From Actinomycetota bacterium (GTDB lineage: Bacteria > Actinomycetota > Actinomycetes > S36-B12 > UBA5976): a stretch of 26,739 nt of DNA. The notes below the pieces were generated by a model. The model saw only the letters and a list, made by a program, of their open reading frames with translations. It made no database searches and was not told the DNA's origin. The translations under genes were made by a program, and so were the position numbers. Below, piece after piece: positions 26,055 to 26,739 of this stretch. Position 1 is the first letter of the stretch. The number at the start of each line of letters is the position of its first letter. The stretch covers positions 1 to 26,739 of the forward strand of contig JBDLPR010000106.1 in NCBI GenBank assembly GCA_039800985.1, in the 5' to 3' direction.

Positions 26055-26739
26055 ATGAAAATAGATGAGCGTCGAGTTAGGCATGCAGTCACTGCATTAA
26101 TTGCAGCTGCAGCCGGATTGCTCTTTGTGTCTAGTCAGCAAACTGCAGCTGGCACCAACATTAGAACTGCAGGCCTTGAAGACTTGCGTGGGCTAATTAT
26201 CAACCGAGCTAAGGGAATGGTTGGTTTAGAGCGTGATGTTAACGAACTCCAAAAAGAAGTTACGCAGCTGACTTCAGCAAAAACCGATCAAGAACTCAAT
26301 AGCCAAATCTCTAATCTAGAAAAGCAAGCAGGGCTCACCGAAGTTACCGGCCCAGCACTTCAAGTTTTATTGGATGATGCTCCACGCATTCCAGGTTCTG
26401 GAATACCTGAAGGATTTGATGCCAATGACTTGGTTGTGCACCAACAAGATGTGCAGGCAGTCGTTAATGCATTTTGGCGCGGTGGCGCAACTGCAGTTAG
26501 CGTGATGGATCAAAGAATTATTTCAACTTCAGCCATTAGATGCGTTGGTAATACTTTGTTACTACAAGGGCGCGTTTATAGTCCTCCATTTAAGATCACC
26601 GCAATTGGTGATACCGTAGCATTGCAACTTGCTTTAGATTCTGAACCTGGAGTTCAGGCATACAGGCAGTATGTTGAAAAAGTTAATCTAGGTTGGAAGA
26701 CAAACGTTCTTAGTGAAACAACTTTGCCAGCCTGGCAAG
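26055..26739 (+). CDS. DUF881-family membrane-anchored protein (runs off the right edge)
   Basis: Hand translation from ATG 26055: MKIDERRVRHAVTALIAAAAGLLFVSS...AGLTEVTGPALQVLLDDAP...DLVVHQQDVQAVVNAFWRGGATAVSVMDQRIISTSAIRCVGNTLLLQGRVYSPPFKITAIGD. Confidence 0.92.
   Translation, partial: MKIDERRVRHAVTALIAAAAGLLFVSSQQTAAGTNIRTAGLEDLRGLIINRAKGMVGLERDVNELQKEVTQLTSAKTDQELNSQISNLEKQAGLTEVTGPALQVLLDDAPRIPGSGIPEGFDANDLVVHQQDVQAVVNAFWRGGATAVSVMDQRIISTSAIRCVGNTLLLQGRVYSPPFKITAIGDTVALQLALDSEPGVQAYRQYVEKVNLGWKTNVLSETTLPAWQ

Noticed and set aside
1-26739. CRISPR arrays, IS elements, prophage, tRNA or rRNA genes
   Set aside because: No spaced direct repeats, transposase or integrase ORFs, or cloverleaf-like sequences were seen; intergenic gaps are short and accounted for.

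Overview
Core chromosomal segment next to the replication origin of a low-GC, apparently streamlined actinobacterium. The gene set resembles the Streptomyces/Nocardioides/Nanopelagicales type; this placement is inference. Gene order: 5' part of dnaA (minus strand, cut by the window edge) | rpmH-rnpA-yidD-yidC-jag-rsmG-parA-parB (+) | cwlM-like, trxA, trxB, murJ, DUF6049-like (-) | CCA-adding enzyme (+) | MFS, ino1, padR (-) | DUF5318-like, class A PBP (+) | alanine-racemase-like, FemAB/FemX, nfo (-) | rpsF-ssb-rpsR-rplI, ppiA, rhomboid, crgA, DUF881 (+, cut by the edge). Non-coding elements read directly: four perfect 14-bp parS palindromes, two DnaA-box groups, an exact SigR/SigH-type promoter before trxB, a near-perfect CRP-type site, a candidate PadR operator, the rpsF leader RNA and several hairpins. 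No mobile element, CRISPR array, tRNA or rRNA was seen. Best candidate for an undescribed system: the operon coupling a FemX peptidyl-transferase with a PLP racemase/epimerase of unknown substrate, i.e. a possible peptidoglycan stem/bridge-tailoring module. Other notable points: a tail-less CwlM pseudo-amidase, jag and rsmG in frame across one amber codon inside a parS site, a probable origin-spanning inversion (dnaB absent after rplI), and a flipped crgA with DnaA boxes over the DUF881 promoter.
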